Both the position numbers and the translations under genes were made by a program. Below, in pieces: positions 28,808 to 38,492 of a stretch of DNA of 64,000 nt. Source of the DNA: Bryobacterales bacterium (lineage in GTDB: Bacteria > Acidobacteriota > Terriglobia > Bryobacterales > UBA6623); NCBI GenBank assembly GCA_965217195.1, contig CBDCHL010000003.1, forward strand, positions 1,437,260-1,501,259. The letters run 5' to 3'. The notes under the pieces were generated by a model, which saw nothing but the letters and a program-made list of their open reading frames with translations, searched no databases and had not been told where the DNA came from. Each line of letters starts with the position of its first letter. Within the stretch, counting starts at the first letter, position 1.

Positions 28808-29120
28808 CGCCTCCCTTGTCGTCGATCGAATACTCGTCTTGAATGAGCGTGATGTCGGTTCGGCGCAGCACACGCGTCTTGCCGACGAGGGCCGCCTGTT
28901 TCCAGAGTTCGTCGCGTTTCCGCGCGGTCAGCCACACGTTGATCTGCTCGAGGTGCTTGGCGCCGTCGTGGCACGAGACGGACTGTAGGTTGAGGCCCAT
29001 GAAGTGCTTGAAGAGATAGACCGTCATGTCGTCGGCCGTATCCTCGTGCATCGTAATCTGGCGGGCGTCGCCGCAGACCACCCACCGCACCAAGTACGAC
29101 GCCGGCCCGACGTCCCACAT
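28749..29120 (-). CDS. hypothetical protein, possibly frameshifted at its 5' end
   Basis: Frame with coding-like codons (MWDVGPASYLVRWVVCGDARQITMHEDTADDMTVYLFKHF...). A plausible N-terminus MSFAGGAPIAPAPLNYGVCDID starting at 29184 lies in another frame and abuts it at about 29120. The 3' end overlaps the convergent gene by 58 nt. Confidence 0.4.
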   Translation of the reverse strand: MWDVGPASYLVRWVVCGDARQITMHEDTADDMTVYLFKHFMGLNLQSVSCHDGAKHLEQINVWLTARKRDELWKQAALVGKTRVLRRTDITLIQDEYSIDDKGGVTSPPADRGRQISLAQGIH

Positions 29121-29228
29121 CTATGTCGCACACGCCGTAATTCAGTGGTGCCGGGGCAATTGGCGCTCCACCGGCAAAAGACATGTTGGCCGCCTTTCGA
29201 TAGAACGACCCTCTGGTAGAGTGTTTAC

Positions 29229-30140
29229 GTGTCGGGTCCGTCTCCATTGCTTGATCAGGCGTCGCTTGAGCGTCTCGAACGATTAGCGATTCGCTGGGAT
29301 CAATCCTTCAACGGCTTGCTGGGCGGTAACAATCTGTCGCGGTATGCCGGAGTCGGGCATGAGTTTCTCGATCATCGGCATTTCCAACCGGGCGACGACT
29401 TGCGGGCGGTGAATTGGCGCGCCTACCTGCGCTTGGAGCGCGTCTATTTGAAAATGTTTCGAACCGAACCGCGGACGCCGGTTCGCTTGCTGTTGGATTG
29501 CAGCGAATCGATGGCCTGCGGAGCCCCCGAAAAAGGGCCGGGAGAGGCGAAGTTCGCTTACGCGCGCCGCCTGACGGCAGCGCTTTGTTACGTGGGTCTA
29601 GTGCGGCTCGAAACCGTATTCGTACAGCCTTTCGGGGCGGATTTGCAAGAGAGCTTCCGCGCCGACGGGGGGCGACACCGCTACGCACGCGTGGCGGAGT
29701 TTCTCGAAGGATTGTCGACTTCCGGCCGGTCGGATTTCTTCGAAACGGTGCGACAGTTTCTCGCCCCCGCACCGTCGCCGGGTTTGACGATTATCCTGTC
29801 GGACTTTCTTGACGAAAACGGATGCGAAACGGCGTTGCAGCACCTCTCCGATTACGGGCATGAACTCTTGCTGTTGCACGTGGCCGGGCCCGACGACCGC
29901 ACGCCGTCGTGGCGGGGCGAATTGGAGTTTGTCGACGCCGAAAGCGGTGCGTTGCGACGTATGAACGTGGATCAGAAGACCGCCCGGGAATACACCGCGG
30001 CGTACGACGAGTATTGCCGTCGCTTAGAGTACACAGCCTTGCGCAGCCGCGGACGCTACATTCACTTAGGCACGGAAGTTCCGGTTGAGAACACGCTCTA
30101 CGGCTCCCTGACAAGAGCCGGCGCCGTCACCGTGCAGTAA
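29229..30140 (+). CDS. DUF58 domain protein
   Basis: GHEFLDHRHFQPGDDLRAVNWRAYLRLERVYLKMF followed by LLLDCSESM is the DUF58 signature. Confidence 0.88.
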   Translation: MSGPSPLLDQASLERLERLAIRWDQSFNGLLGGNNLSRYAGVGHEFLDHRHFQPGDDLRAVNWRAYLRLERVYLKMFRTEPRTPVRLLLDCSESMACGAPEKGPGEAKFAYARRLTAALCYVGLVRLETVFVQPFGADLQESFRADGGRHRYARVAEFLEGLSTSGRSDFFETVRQFLAPAPSPGLTIILSDFLDENGCETALQHLSDYGHELLLLHVAGPDDRTPSWRGELEFVDAESGALRRMNVDQKTAREYTAAYDEYCRRLEYTALRSRGRYIHLGTEVPVENTLYGSLTRAGAVTVQ

Positions 30141-30226
30141 AAGAACCGGCCGCCTTCGCGTCGTCGACCGGCCGTGGGTCCGGGAGTTGCGGGTCGAAAC
30201 GCAACAGCAACTTCGCCGCGTTGCCA

Positions 30227-32233
30227 ATGAGTTTTCTCAACCTCACTATCGTCGAGTTTCTTGCGATCCTGCTGCCCGTGAGTGCCGCCATCGTAGCGCT
30301 TTATTTCTACGACCGCTCACGACGGCGCCGGATCGTTTCCACACTGCGGTTTTGGCCCCAGCGCCCGGACCCTCCGATGGTAACGCGGCGGCGGAAGCTC
30401 CAGCAGCCTTTGTCGCTGTTGCTGCAATTGCTTGCACTACTGCTTCTGCTGTTGGCTATTGCCGACTTTCGCTGGGGCGAGCAGGCGGGGATGGTACGAC
30501 GGCACGTGGTCATCCTTGATACGTCAGCTTGGATGGGCACTGTGACGGCGGGCGGCCCACGGCTGATCGATTTGGCACGGCAGAGGGCGCGTGCCTATCT
30601 GAACGCCGTGCCGGCCTCGGAGCCGGTGATGTTGATTCGCGGGGACGCGAACCCCGCGCCCATAACCCCTTTCACAACAGACAGACAGGTGCTCGAAGAT
30701 GCCATCGCGGCCTCGGAGCCGAGCTGGACTTCGATTGACCTCAACGCGGCGTTCGAAGCGGCGCGCTCGGCCTTGGCCCTGCACGTGCCCGGCGGCGGCG
30801 AGTTGGCCGGTCATTCGGTTGTCGGTGAGGTCGCATACGTCGGCAGCGGTCGTGCCGCGGAGTCTCCCGGAGCGGCGTCGAGGCTCCCACGCGTGCGTTG
30901 GATCGAAGCAAGAGAGCGAATCGCCGATCTCGGCGTGTCGGAGCTTATCGCGCGGCGGCTTCCGGACGACCCGGAACGCTGGGAAGTGCGTGTCGAGCTC
31001 TTCCATGCAGGGGAACCTGAGCGGGAAATCGAGGCGGAATTCTTGTTTGCGGGCAAGATGCTCGGTACGAAAACGCTTCTGTTGCCGCCGAACGGGGCCA
31101 AAGATCTGACGTTTCGATTGCGGACAAGGCGAGCCGGTCGTCTCGAGGTACGGACGGGGTCGGCCGATCGTTTTGTTGCGAACGATAGCGCCGCGCTGGA
31201 TTTGCCGGCGTACCGCCGTCATCAAGTCGATGTCTACTCAGCCGCGTCAGGCGGGCTGCGAAGCTTACTCGGCGCCAATCCTAATCTGGACGCTCGTTTC
31301 CACACCCCACGGAATTACGAGGGAGCAGCGGGGATGGTAGCGGTGTTCGAAGGGTTTTCGCCGGCGCCGGGGCCGCAGTCGGACCTCGTCTATTTCAGCC
31401 CGCCGCGTGAGAGCTCGCCGGCGGTGATTGCGCGGATCGCTCGCCAACAGCGCATAACGCGCTGGAACGGGGATCACCCCTTGGCGCGGGGGTTGCGCAC
31501 TCGCGATGTCGTTCTTGAAGAGACGGCAGTGTTCGATCCGGAGCCCGACGACGTAACGATCGCGGAGTGCGCGGCGGGTCCGGTGGTCATCGCCCGGCTG
31601 GAGAACGGCCGCAAGCGAGTGTTCTTTGGTTTTAACTTGTCGGATCCGGGTTTGCGAGGTCGACCGGCGGCACCGCTCTTGTTTGCCAACACGATGGCGT
31701 GGATTTTCCCGGATAGCTTTCGGTCTTCCGAATTACGGGTACAGAGTCCGGGGCTGATTGAAATTGAGGTGGGCGAGGCGGCCGAGGAAGATATTTTTGT
31801 TCATTCAGAGCAAGACCCCGATTTGCCTTGGAGTTATCGCGACGGCAAGGTGCGGTTGTTCACGTCCACGCCCGGCAACGTCGATGTGCGTACGCCGACG
31901 ACGGAGACGCACCTCGCGCTGACGTTGCCGGACGTTGCGAGCGGGGAGTGGAGCCCTCCTGAAGACATCTTGCGTGGGGTCCCTCCGCGTTCGGCCGGCG
32001 GAGGTGAATCTCTTGTCTTTTGGCCTTGGCTCGCAGCATTCGCGATCATGTGCCTGTTTGTGGAGTGGAAATTTTTCGGACGGGAGTCGCGGGGTGGGCC
32101 GGCTACGAGTGTTGAGAGCGGTAGCTCGGAGCGTTTCGGACTTGGTTTGAGTGCCGTCGGGCCGGTATCAACGGTGGGACCCGGAGCGAGAGATCGTAAC
32201 ATTGCAGCGCGCGAAAAAGAGGCGGTGCGGTGA
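30227..32233 (+). CDS. BatA-N (aerotolerance regulator N-terminal) domain membrane protein
   Basis: MSFLNLTIVEFLAILLPVSAAIVALYFYDRSRRR matches the BatA_N pattern. C-terminal TM helix. ATG 30227 preferred over TTG 30221. Confidence 0.85.
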   Translation: MSFLNLTIVEFLAILLPVSAAIVALYFYDRSRRRRIVSTLRFWPQRPDPPMVTRRRKLQQPLSLLLQLLALLLLLLAIADFRWGEQAGMVRRHVVILDTSAWMGTVTAGGPRLIDLARQRARAYLNAVPASEPVMLIRGDANPAPITPFTTDRQVLEDAIAASEPSWTSIDLNAAFEAARSALALHVPGGGELAGHSVVGEVAYVGSGRAAESPGAASRLPRVRWIEARERIADLGVSELIARRLPDDPERWEVRVELFHAGEPEREIEAEFLFAGKMLGTKTLLLPPNGAKDLTFRLRTRRAGRLEVRTGSADRFVANDSAALDLPAYRRHQVDVYSAASGGLRSLLGANPNLDARFHTPRNYEGAAGMVAVFEGFSPAPGPQSDLVYFSPPRESSPAVIARIARQQRITRWNGDHPLARGLRTRDVVLEETAVFDPEPDDVTIAECAAGPVVIARLENGRKRVFFGFNLSDPGLRGRPAAPLLFANTMAWIFPDSFRSSELRVQSPGLIEIEVGEAAEEDIFVHSEQDPDLPWSYRDGKVRLFTSTPGNVDVRTPTTETHLALTLPDVASGEWSPPEDILRGVPPRSAGGGESLVFWPWLAAFAIMCLFVEWKFFGRESRGGPATSVESGSSERFGLGLSAVGPVSTVGPGARDRNIAAREKEAVR

Positions 32234-34710
32234 GCATCGCCAACCCTTGGATTCTAGGTCTGTTGCCCTTGGCCGTGGTGTGGGCGGCTTGGGAGTGGGG
32301 ACGCACGAGCCGCAGAGCCGGTGTCCTGCTCAAGGCTTTCGTATTCGCGTGCATCATCACGGCCCTCGCCGAGCCACGGGTGACGTTTTTCGAGACGAAG
32401 GTGGCAGTTGCCGTGCTGTCCGATACCTCGCAAAGTATTCCCGAGGAACAGCTGGAGCGGCAGCGGGAGATTCTGGACCGTATGGACGGAGCTCGGGGCC
32501 GTAATCAACTGCGGGTCTTTTCGTTTGACGGATCCACTCGGCCGGGCGCAGTCGCTCGGGATAGCTCGGCGGCCGGAACGAATATCGAGGCCGCATTGCG
32601 GGCCGGCCTTTCCGCGCTACCCGCGGATCTGGTTCCGAAGATCGTTTTGATCTCCGATGGCTGGGAAAACCAAGGAGCCGTTGAACGCGTGGTGGATCCG
32701 GTGCGCCGGCGCGGTGTTTCGGTCAGTACGATTCCTCTCGAGGGACGAAGGCGTCCTGAGCTGCGCTTGAAAGTCCTGAGCGCGCCGACGCAGGCGTTTC
32801 GCGGTGAACGTTTCTCGATCGATACGGTGATCGAGAGTCCGGCGGCTACCGCCGTCGAAGTTTCCCTCAAGGCGGAGGGGAAATCGATCGGGCAATCGAG
32901 CGCTCGGCTCGACGCCGGTGAGAACTTCCTGCGTCTTAACGCGCGACTCGATCTCGCCGGGTCGGCGCTCGTGAGCGGGGTGATCACGTCGGCGGAGTTG
33001 GGCGATTTGCGTTTCGAACACACCGTCTCTTTGGCGCAACCGCGGGTGTTACTGGTATCAGGCGACACCGAAGAGCGGGACTCCCACCTGCTCGGTGTGC
33101 TCGGCGCGGCCGGCTTCGAGATCGAGCGCACGCAGGATTTTTTCCCCGCGGACCTGAGTGATTTTCAAGTCGTCGTCGCCAACAACACCCATCTCGAAGG
33201 GCTACCTCGGAGGGCCAAGGAGCGTATCGAGGAGTTTATCCAGGGAGGCGGCGGCTTTCTGCAAATCGCCGGCGAGAATTCTCTCTATGTCGAGCAGGAG
33301 GCAGACGCGGACGATCCGTTGCGGCGAGCCCTGCCGGCCAATCCCGCTCCGCCTCGGACGCCTGAGGGGACGGCCGTCGTTTTGATTCTCGACAAGTCGT
33401 CTTCGATGGAAGGCCAGAAGATGGACCTGGCGCGGCAGTCGGCGCTGGGAGTCGTCGAGAATCTGCGGCTGATTGATCAAGTCGGAGTGCTGGTCTTCGA
33501 CAATTCCTTTGAGTGGGCGGCGACTTTACAAAGGAACGAGAATCCGAGTGCGACGAAGGACCTGATATCGAGCATCATTGCCGACGGCGGAACGCAGATT
33601 GCCCCGGCGCTGACTGAGGCCTTCGAAAAGATTCGAAGTTCCGAGGCGACGTATAAACATATTCTGCTGTTGACCGACGGCATTTCCGAAGAGGGAGACA
33701 GTATTGCGCTCGCCAAGCAAGCAGCGAAGCTGAAGATTACGATTTCAACGATCGGGCTGGGGCAGGACGTCAACCGTGCCTACCTCGAGCGCGTTGCCCG
33801 CACCGCGGAGGGTAAGCCGCATTTTCTCCTCGACGTCTCGGGTCTGACCCAGCTTGTTCTCAAGGACGTTATGGAGCACACGGGGTCGTCGGTGATGGAA
33901 AAGGACGTTCGGGCCAGGGTTGTGCGGCAGGTTGAGATTCTCGACGAAGCGCGGATCGGGGAAGCCGGAGCGTTGCGCGGTTGGGTGAAGTTCGATGCGA
34001 AGCCGGACGCCGAAACCATTCTGGAAATCGACGAGGTGGATGAGGAGAACAGCGAGGAAGACCCTCTGCTTGTGCGTTGGCAATATGGACTGGGGCGGGC
34101 CGCCGTCTTTACTTCCGATGCCAAGCAGGTGTGGGCCGCGAATTGGGTTGAGTGGGACGGGTTCGATGTGTTTTGGACGAATCTACTGCGCGATGTCTTG
34201 CCGCGCTCGCATCGGGTGGAGACGCAGGCGGAATTCGATGCCGCCGAGAGTGAGATCGTGGTGCGTTACGAATGGGCTGAGGCAAGCGGCAAGGAAGAGC
34301 CCGCAACCCTGCCGGAGCTTTATGTGCTTGGGCCGGACGGTTTTCAACACGCGGCGACGATCGAGCGCGTTTCAACCGGCTCTTATGAGGCCCGGGTTCC
34401 CGTTGATGATAGGCAGGGACTGTTTCGGATGCGGCCTTCCTCGGCACTCGACCTGTTCCCTGAGACTGCGTTCTATCGCGTCGAGGCCGAGGCCGCCGAC
34501 TTCGGCTCGAATCCGGGGTTACTGCGGAAGATTGCCGCTTGGACGGGTGGCGAATTTGATCCGGAGCCGGAGAGCGTGTTTAGGTCGGGGCAAGCAAGGC
34601 AGGCGATGATGGACTTGTGGCCGGGGTTTCTGGCTTTGGCGGTTTTTTTCAATTTGTTTGAGCTGGTGGCGCGCAAGGGTTGGATTCCTTGGTTGCGCCG
34701 CTGGGCGTAA
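32230..34710 (+). CDS. VWA-domain membrane protein (BatB-like, 826 aa)
   Basis: GTGA start/stop overlap with the upstream gene. N-terminal and C-terminal TM helices. VWA MIDAS motif VLILDKSSSM and a second degenerate VWA (VAVLSDTSQS). Confidence 0.88.
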   Translation: MSIANPWILGLLPLAVVWAAWEWGRTSRRAGVLLKAFVFACIITALAEPRVTFFETKVAVAVLSDTSQSIPEEQLERQREILDRMDGARGRNQLRVFSFDGSTRPGAVARDSSAAGTNIEAALRAGLSALPADLVPKIVLISDGWENQGAVERVVDPVRRRGVSVSTIPLEGRRRPELRLKVLSAPTQAFRGERFSIDTVIESPAATAVEVSLKAEGKSIGQSSARLDAGENFLRLNARLDLAGSALVSGVITSAELGDLRFEHTVSLAQPRVLLVSGDTEERDSHLLGVLGAAGFEIERTQDFFPADLSDFQVVVANNTHLEGLPRRAKERIEEFIQGGGGFLQIAGENSLYVEQEADADDPLRRALPANPAPPRTPEGTAVVLILDKSSSMEGQKMDLARQSALGVVENLRLIDQVGVLVFDNSFEWAATLQRNENPSATKDLISSIIADGGTQIAPALTEAFEKIRSSEATYKHILLLTDGISEEGDSIALAKQAAKLKITISTIGLGQDVNRAYLERVARTAEGKPHFLLDVSGLTQLVLKDVMEHTGSSVMEKDVRARVVRQVEILDEARIGEAGALRGWVKFDAKPDAETILEIDEVDEENSEEDPLLVRWQYGLGRAAVFTSDAKQVWAANWVEWDGFDVFWTNLLRDVLPRSHRVETQAEFDAAESEIVVRYEWAEASGKEEPATLPELYVLGPDGFQHAATIERVSTGSYEARVPVDDRQGLFRMRPSSALDLFPETAFYRVEAEAADFGSNPGLLRKIAAWTGGEFDPEPESVFRSGQARQAMMDLWPGFLALAVFFNLFELVARKGWIPWLRRWA

Positions 34711-34800
34711 CGCTCCCCCCGGGTACCGACCGGCCAACCGACCCCGCCATCTGCCGCCAAATCGCCCAGGGCCCAGCCAAGGCAACGCCCCGCCGGCCCC

Positions 34801-35102
34801 AAACCGAGCCGCGACCGTGAGGGAGCGGTGTCCGATGAAGTTGAATTGGGTGCTGGGAAGGTGGCGGGCCCCAGGGACGCGCCCCGGCCGTCCCCTCTTG
34901 TGTAACGGAACTCTCAAGCGTGCGCGCCGGGTCCGGATCTCCGGGGGGGGCCGGGGGATACTGATTGCGAGTATTGCGCCCTTGGGGTTGGGTTGCAGGC
35001 ATGGCGCTTCCTGGTTTGGCTGCGAGTATTGCGCTTCCGTCACGTTTCTTCGGGTTGACAGACTTCATCGGACACCGCTTCCTTACGGTCGCGGCTCGGT
35101 TT
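34801..35102. repeat. REP family 1: 302-bp element bounded by 40-bp inverted copies (MITE-like)
   Basis: 34801-34840 aaaccgagccgcgaccgtgagggagcggtgtccgatgaag matches the reverse complement of 35063-35102 (38/40). Internal direct repeat tgcgagtattgcgc at 34966-34979 and 35021-35034. Confidence 0.8.
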
Positions 35103-35134
35103 GCGAACAAAGGCCGGCGTTGGAAACTACGCGA

Positions 35135-36877
35135 TCAGACAGCGGGCCGGGGCCGCAGTTCGTTGTGGATGATGCGGGCGCATACCGCGCATACGACGAG
35201 CCAGGTGGCGGCGACGATTGTTTCGCCCAAAAGTAGTTTTCCGACGCCGAATAAGGCGCCGTAAATCAGTCCGCAGCCTGCCACCCAGTGGAGCAGGTCC
35301 CGGCCGGGTCCGTGCTGCGGGCGGGCGTCGCCCGCCGCCGCGGGGATTGGTCCCCAAAGCACGGGATAGGGACGGACGCGGTTGTAAAACGAGATGAGTT
35401 TGTCGCGGGGTTCCGGTCCGGTGAGATACGTAACTGCCACCCAGCTGACGGTCGTCAGCACGACAGTCCACAACATCACGATTGCGAAATCATTAGGGTC
35501 GTCGGTGTGGTATCCCATCCCCAACTGCAGGGAAATCGAGACGACGAACGCCGTGATCATGGCGGCGACCTCGCTCCAGGCATTCACCCGCCACCAGAAC
35601 CAGCGCAAGATCAAAACGCCGCCGGTTCCGGCTCCGGTGGCTAGCAGTAGTTTCCAAGCACCGGCGATGCTCTCCATGTAGAAGGTGATCCCGGCGGAAG
35701 CCAGTGCCAGTAGGACCGTCGCCGCGCGGCCGGCCGTGACCAATCGCTGCTCACCGGCTTGGGGGTTGACGAAGCGCCCGTAGAAATCGTTGATCAGATA
35801 ACTCGCGCCCCAATTGAGCATGGTGCTGATGGTCGACATGAACGCGGCGGCGAATCCGGCGAGCATCAGACCGCGCAAGGAGGGCGGCAGGTAGTCGACC
35901 ATCACCAGCACGTAACCGCTTTCCGCATCGGCTAGGTCGGGGTAGGCGACCAGCGAGACCAGCCCCACCAGAATCCACGGCCAAGGGCGTAGGGCGTAAT
36001 GCGCGATGTTGAACCAAAGTGTTGCGAGCAGCGAGTGTCTTTCGTCGCGTGTCGAGAACATGCGTTGGGCGATGAAGCCGCCGCCGCCTGGTTCCGCGCC
36101 CGGATACCAGGTCGCCCACCAGTTCACCGCGATGTAGACGAAGAAGGTCAGCATCGGCATCCAAGGCGAGTCAAAGTCGGGGAAGAATGCCAGCGCGCTT
36201 TCGCCGCGGATTTCCGTGACGCGCTTGGTAAGCTCGCCCATGCCGCCGACGCTGCCCACGGCAAAAACCGCCAGGGCGATTGCGAGGCCGATCATCAATA
36301 CGAATTGCGCCAGATCGGCGATGAGCACGCCGCGCAAGCCCGCCAGCGTCGAGACGACGCAAGTCAGCGCGGTCAGCCCCAGCACCGCGAGAATCGCGGT
36401 GGGTTTGTCGAAGCCCATCACGAGCATCAAGACCTTGACCATCGCCAGGTTCACCCACCCCATGACAATGCAATTGATCGGGACGGCCAAGTAGAGTGCA
36501 CGAAAGCCGCGCAGGAAAGCGGCGGGGCGTCCGCTATAGCGAAGCTCGGCGAATTCCACGTCGGTCACCACGCCCGCTCGTCGCCAAAGTCGGGCGTAAA
36601 GGAAGACCGTCAACATGCCGCTGAAAACAAAGTTCCACCACAGCCAATTGCCCGCGATGCCGCCGGTGGCGACCATCCCGGTGACGGCCAAGGGCGTATC
36701 GGCGGCGAAGGTCGTGGCGACCATCGAAGTGCCCGCCAACCACCAGGGCGCGGAACGGCCGGAGACAAAATATTCGTCAAGGCCGCCGCCGGCGCGACGA
36801 CGATAGTAGAGGCCGATAGCGAGGTTGAACAGGAAGTAGAGACCGACGATGAGCCCGTCGAGCCAGGTGAGCTTCAT
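35135..36877 (-). CDS. sodium:solute symporter (SSS) family transporter
   Basis: 580 aa with about 13 TM segments. N-terminus MKLTWLDGLIVGLYFLFNLAIGLYYRRR...DEYFVSGR is typical of SSS. Confidence 0.9.
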   Translation of the reverse strand: MKLTWLDGLIVGLYFLFNLAIGLYYRRRAGGGLDEYFVSGRSAPWWLAGTSMVATTFAADTPLAVTGMVATGGIAGNWLWWNFVFSGMLTVFLYARLWRRAGVVTDVEFAELRYSGRPAAFLRGFRALYLAVPINCIVMGWVNLAMVKVLMLVMGFDKPTAILAVLGLTALTCVVSTLAGLRGVLIADLAQFVLMIGLAIALAVFAVGSVGGMGELTKRVTEIRGESALAFFPDFDSPWMPMLTFFVYIAVNWWATWYPGAEPGGGGFIAQRMFSTRDERHSLLATLWFNIAHYALRPWPWILVGLVSLVAYPDLADAESGYVLVMVDYLPPSLRGLMLAGFAAAFMSTISTMLNWGASYLINDFYGRFVNPQAGEQRLVTAGRAATVLLALASAGITFYMESIAGAWKLLLATGAGTGGVLILRWFWWRVNAWSEVAAMITAFVVSISLQLGMGYHTDDPNDFAIVMLWTVVLTTVSWVAVTYLTGPEPRDKLISFYNRVRPYPVLWGPIPAAAGDARPQHGPGRDLLHWVAGCGLIYGALFGVGKLLLGETIVAATWLVVCAVCARIIHNELRPRPAV

Positions 36878-36988
36878 GCGCAGGCCATTATAGGCAACCC
36901 GTGCACCACCTCGGTAGCGACCGCTGTGTCGGTGCGTCCGGTTGGGGAGAAAGCGGCGTCGGCAGCACCGCGGCTCACCGGCAGCGCG

Positions 36989-37768
36989 TCAAAGGGCGTG
37001 AGGCCAGCGCGCGGTGGTCGTGTAGCCGCCGTCGGAAGCGATGACTTGGCCGGTGATGTATTCCGCCGCGGGGCCGGCCAAGAACGCCGCTAAGCCGGCG
37101 ATGTCTTCGGGAGTGCCGAGGCGGGGGTTCGATTGCACCCCTTTGATCCATTCGTGCATGTGCTCGGGTTGCCACATGTCCTGGTTCATGTCGGTGAGGA
37201 TGAATCCCGGCGCGATGCAATTGACCTGAATGTTGTACGGCGCCCACTCGACGGCCAGACCACGCGTCAGACCGGCCAGGGCGCTTTTGCTGATGGTGTA
37301 GATCGATAGATAGGGCAACCCCAAAGTCGATGTCAGGCTGCCGATATTGATGATCTTGCCGCCCTTGCCCTGCGCGATCATGTTACGGCCGACGTGCTTG
37401 GTGACTCGCGCGAGTCCGTGCAGGTTAACGGCCAAAATGCGGTCGTATTCCTCGTCGGTGTAGTCCTCGAATTTCTTGCGTAGATTGGTGCCCGCGACGT
37501 TGGCGAGAATCTCGATATCAGGGTGGGCGTCGGCCAACTCCGCGATGCCTTTCGGCTGCGTCACGTCAAGAAAAGCGGCTTCGGCTTGGAGCCCTTTCTC
37601 GCGCAGCGTAGCAGCCTCGACTTCGAGTTTTTCGATCGACCTTGAAGCGAGAATCGCATGGGCCCCGGCGCCCGCCAGGGCCTTGGCAATTGCCAGACCG
37701 ATCCCGCGGCTCGCACCGGCGACCAGGGCTTTCTTTCCGGCCAACGAAAACATGGACTCTAACAACAT
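36989..37768 (-). CDS. SDR-family oxidoreductase (gluconate 5-dehydrogenase/KduD-like)
   Basis: Start at ATG 37768 (GGAG RBS). ALVAGASRGIGLAIAKAL (TGxxxGIG-type) and the catalytic YTISKSAL (YxxxK). The 35 upstream codons in the ORF track translate a REP copy (HRFLTVAARFG). Confidence 0.9.
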   Translation of the reverse strand: MLLESMFSLAGKKALVAGASRGIGLAIAKALAGAGAHAILASRSIEKLEVEAATLREKGLQAEAAFLDVTQPKGIAELADAHPDIEILANVAGTNLRKKFEDYTDEEYDRILAVNLHGLARVTKHVGRNMIAQGKGGKIINIGSLTSTLGLPYLSIYTISKSALAGLTRGLAVEWAPYNIQVNCIAPGFILTDMNQDMWQPEHMHEWIKGVQSNPRLGTPEDIAGLAAFLAGPAAEYITGQVIASDGGYTTTARWPHAL

Positions 37769-37783
37769 GGTTTCTTCTTCTCC

Positions 37784-37823
37784 AAACCGAGCCGCGACCG
37801 TAAGGAAGCGGTGTGCGATGAAG
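37784..37823. repeat. REP family 1, single copy abutting the SDR gene RBS
   Basis: aaaccgagccgcgaccgtaaggaagcggtgtgcgatgaag. 39/40 identical to the reverse complement of 35063-35102. Confidence 0.8.
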
Positions 37824-37942
37824 CCCTGGGACAGCAACCCGAGTGGCGGATCCACCCTGCCCCGATAACCCACTCACAACAACCCGGAAAGCGTAAGAAA
37901 GCCCTATGCGATGAAATGCTACGCCGCAACCGGAAGCACCGC

Positions 37943-38209
37943 CTACAGCGACTGCAAATCTTTCCCGGGTTTAAAGCGAACGGCTTTGCCTGGCGGGATA
38001 ATTACTTCTTGGCCGGTGCGGGGATTGCGCCCTATGCCGGTCTTTCTGGGGCGGATGTTGAAGACGCCGAAACCGCGTAGCTCGATACGGTCGCCGCGTT
38101 CCATGGCGCGCTTCATCGTCTCAAAAACGGTCTCGACCGCAATCTCGGCTTTTGTCTTGCTTAGCCCGGTTCGGTTGACCACTTCGCTGACGATGTCGTG
38201 TTTTACCAT
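37943..38209 (-). CDS. HU/IHF-family DNA-binding protein
   Basis: MVKHDIVSEVVNRTGLSKTKAEIAVETVFETMKRAM...RIELRGFGVFNIRPRKTGIGRNPRTGQEVIIPPGKAVRFKPGK, which contains the classic beta-arm RNPRTG. ATG 38209 preferred over GTG 38230. Confidence 0.88.
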   Translation of the reverse strand: MVKHDIVSEVVNRTGLSKTKAEIAVETVFETMKRAMERGDRIELRGFGVFNIRPRKTGIGRNPRTGQEVIIPPGKAVRFKPGKDLQSL

Positions 38210-38361
38210 GTTAGTTGCCTGCCGCGGCACCAGGCCGGGTCACGAGATTATGCTATGCGAGGTTCGAAGGCTTTGTCAAGCAAAGACTTAGCGGTTTTTC
38301 GAAGATCGATCGCCGAACCTGAACCGCGACAACCCAGGCTGCATTTTGCCGGCTCCCCGCT

Positions 38362-38391
38362 CTTGACAAACACGCGTTCGTGGTACTATAC
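38362..38391 (+). promoter_or_regulatory. sigma70-like promoter upstream of infC
   Basis: TTGACA at 38362-38367. -10 candidates are TACTAT (38383-38388) or TATACA (38386-38391, 18-nt spacer). Confidence 0.45.
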
Positions 38392-38492
38392 AGATCGTAG
38401 ATGCAGGGGAACGGCACCCGTTTCCCAGAGATTTTGCTTGCTGGTTCGTTCGCATTCAAGAAACGCTCGCTGACGCCGGGATTGGGAGCCTC

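Noticed and set aside
34473-35264. Several 100-190-aa ORFs on both strands between the VWA gene and the SSS transporter.
   Set aside because: The region is the 302-bp REP family 1 element plus flanks. The ORFs read through the inverted repeats (…ATVRERCPMK… / …HRSLTVAARFG…) on both strands.
36989-37873. N-terminal extensions in the ORF track. The SDR is extended to 37873; likewise 5195..6208, 54858..55748, 50390..50995, 50902..52476, 8289..10631, 19700..20578 and 39313..39930.
   Set aside because: In each case an internal ATG has a good SD sequence and begins the recognisable domain or signal peptide. The extension translates REP sequence or low-complexity Arg/Ser-rich text.
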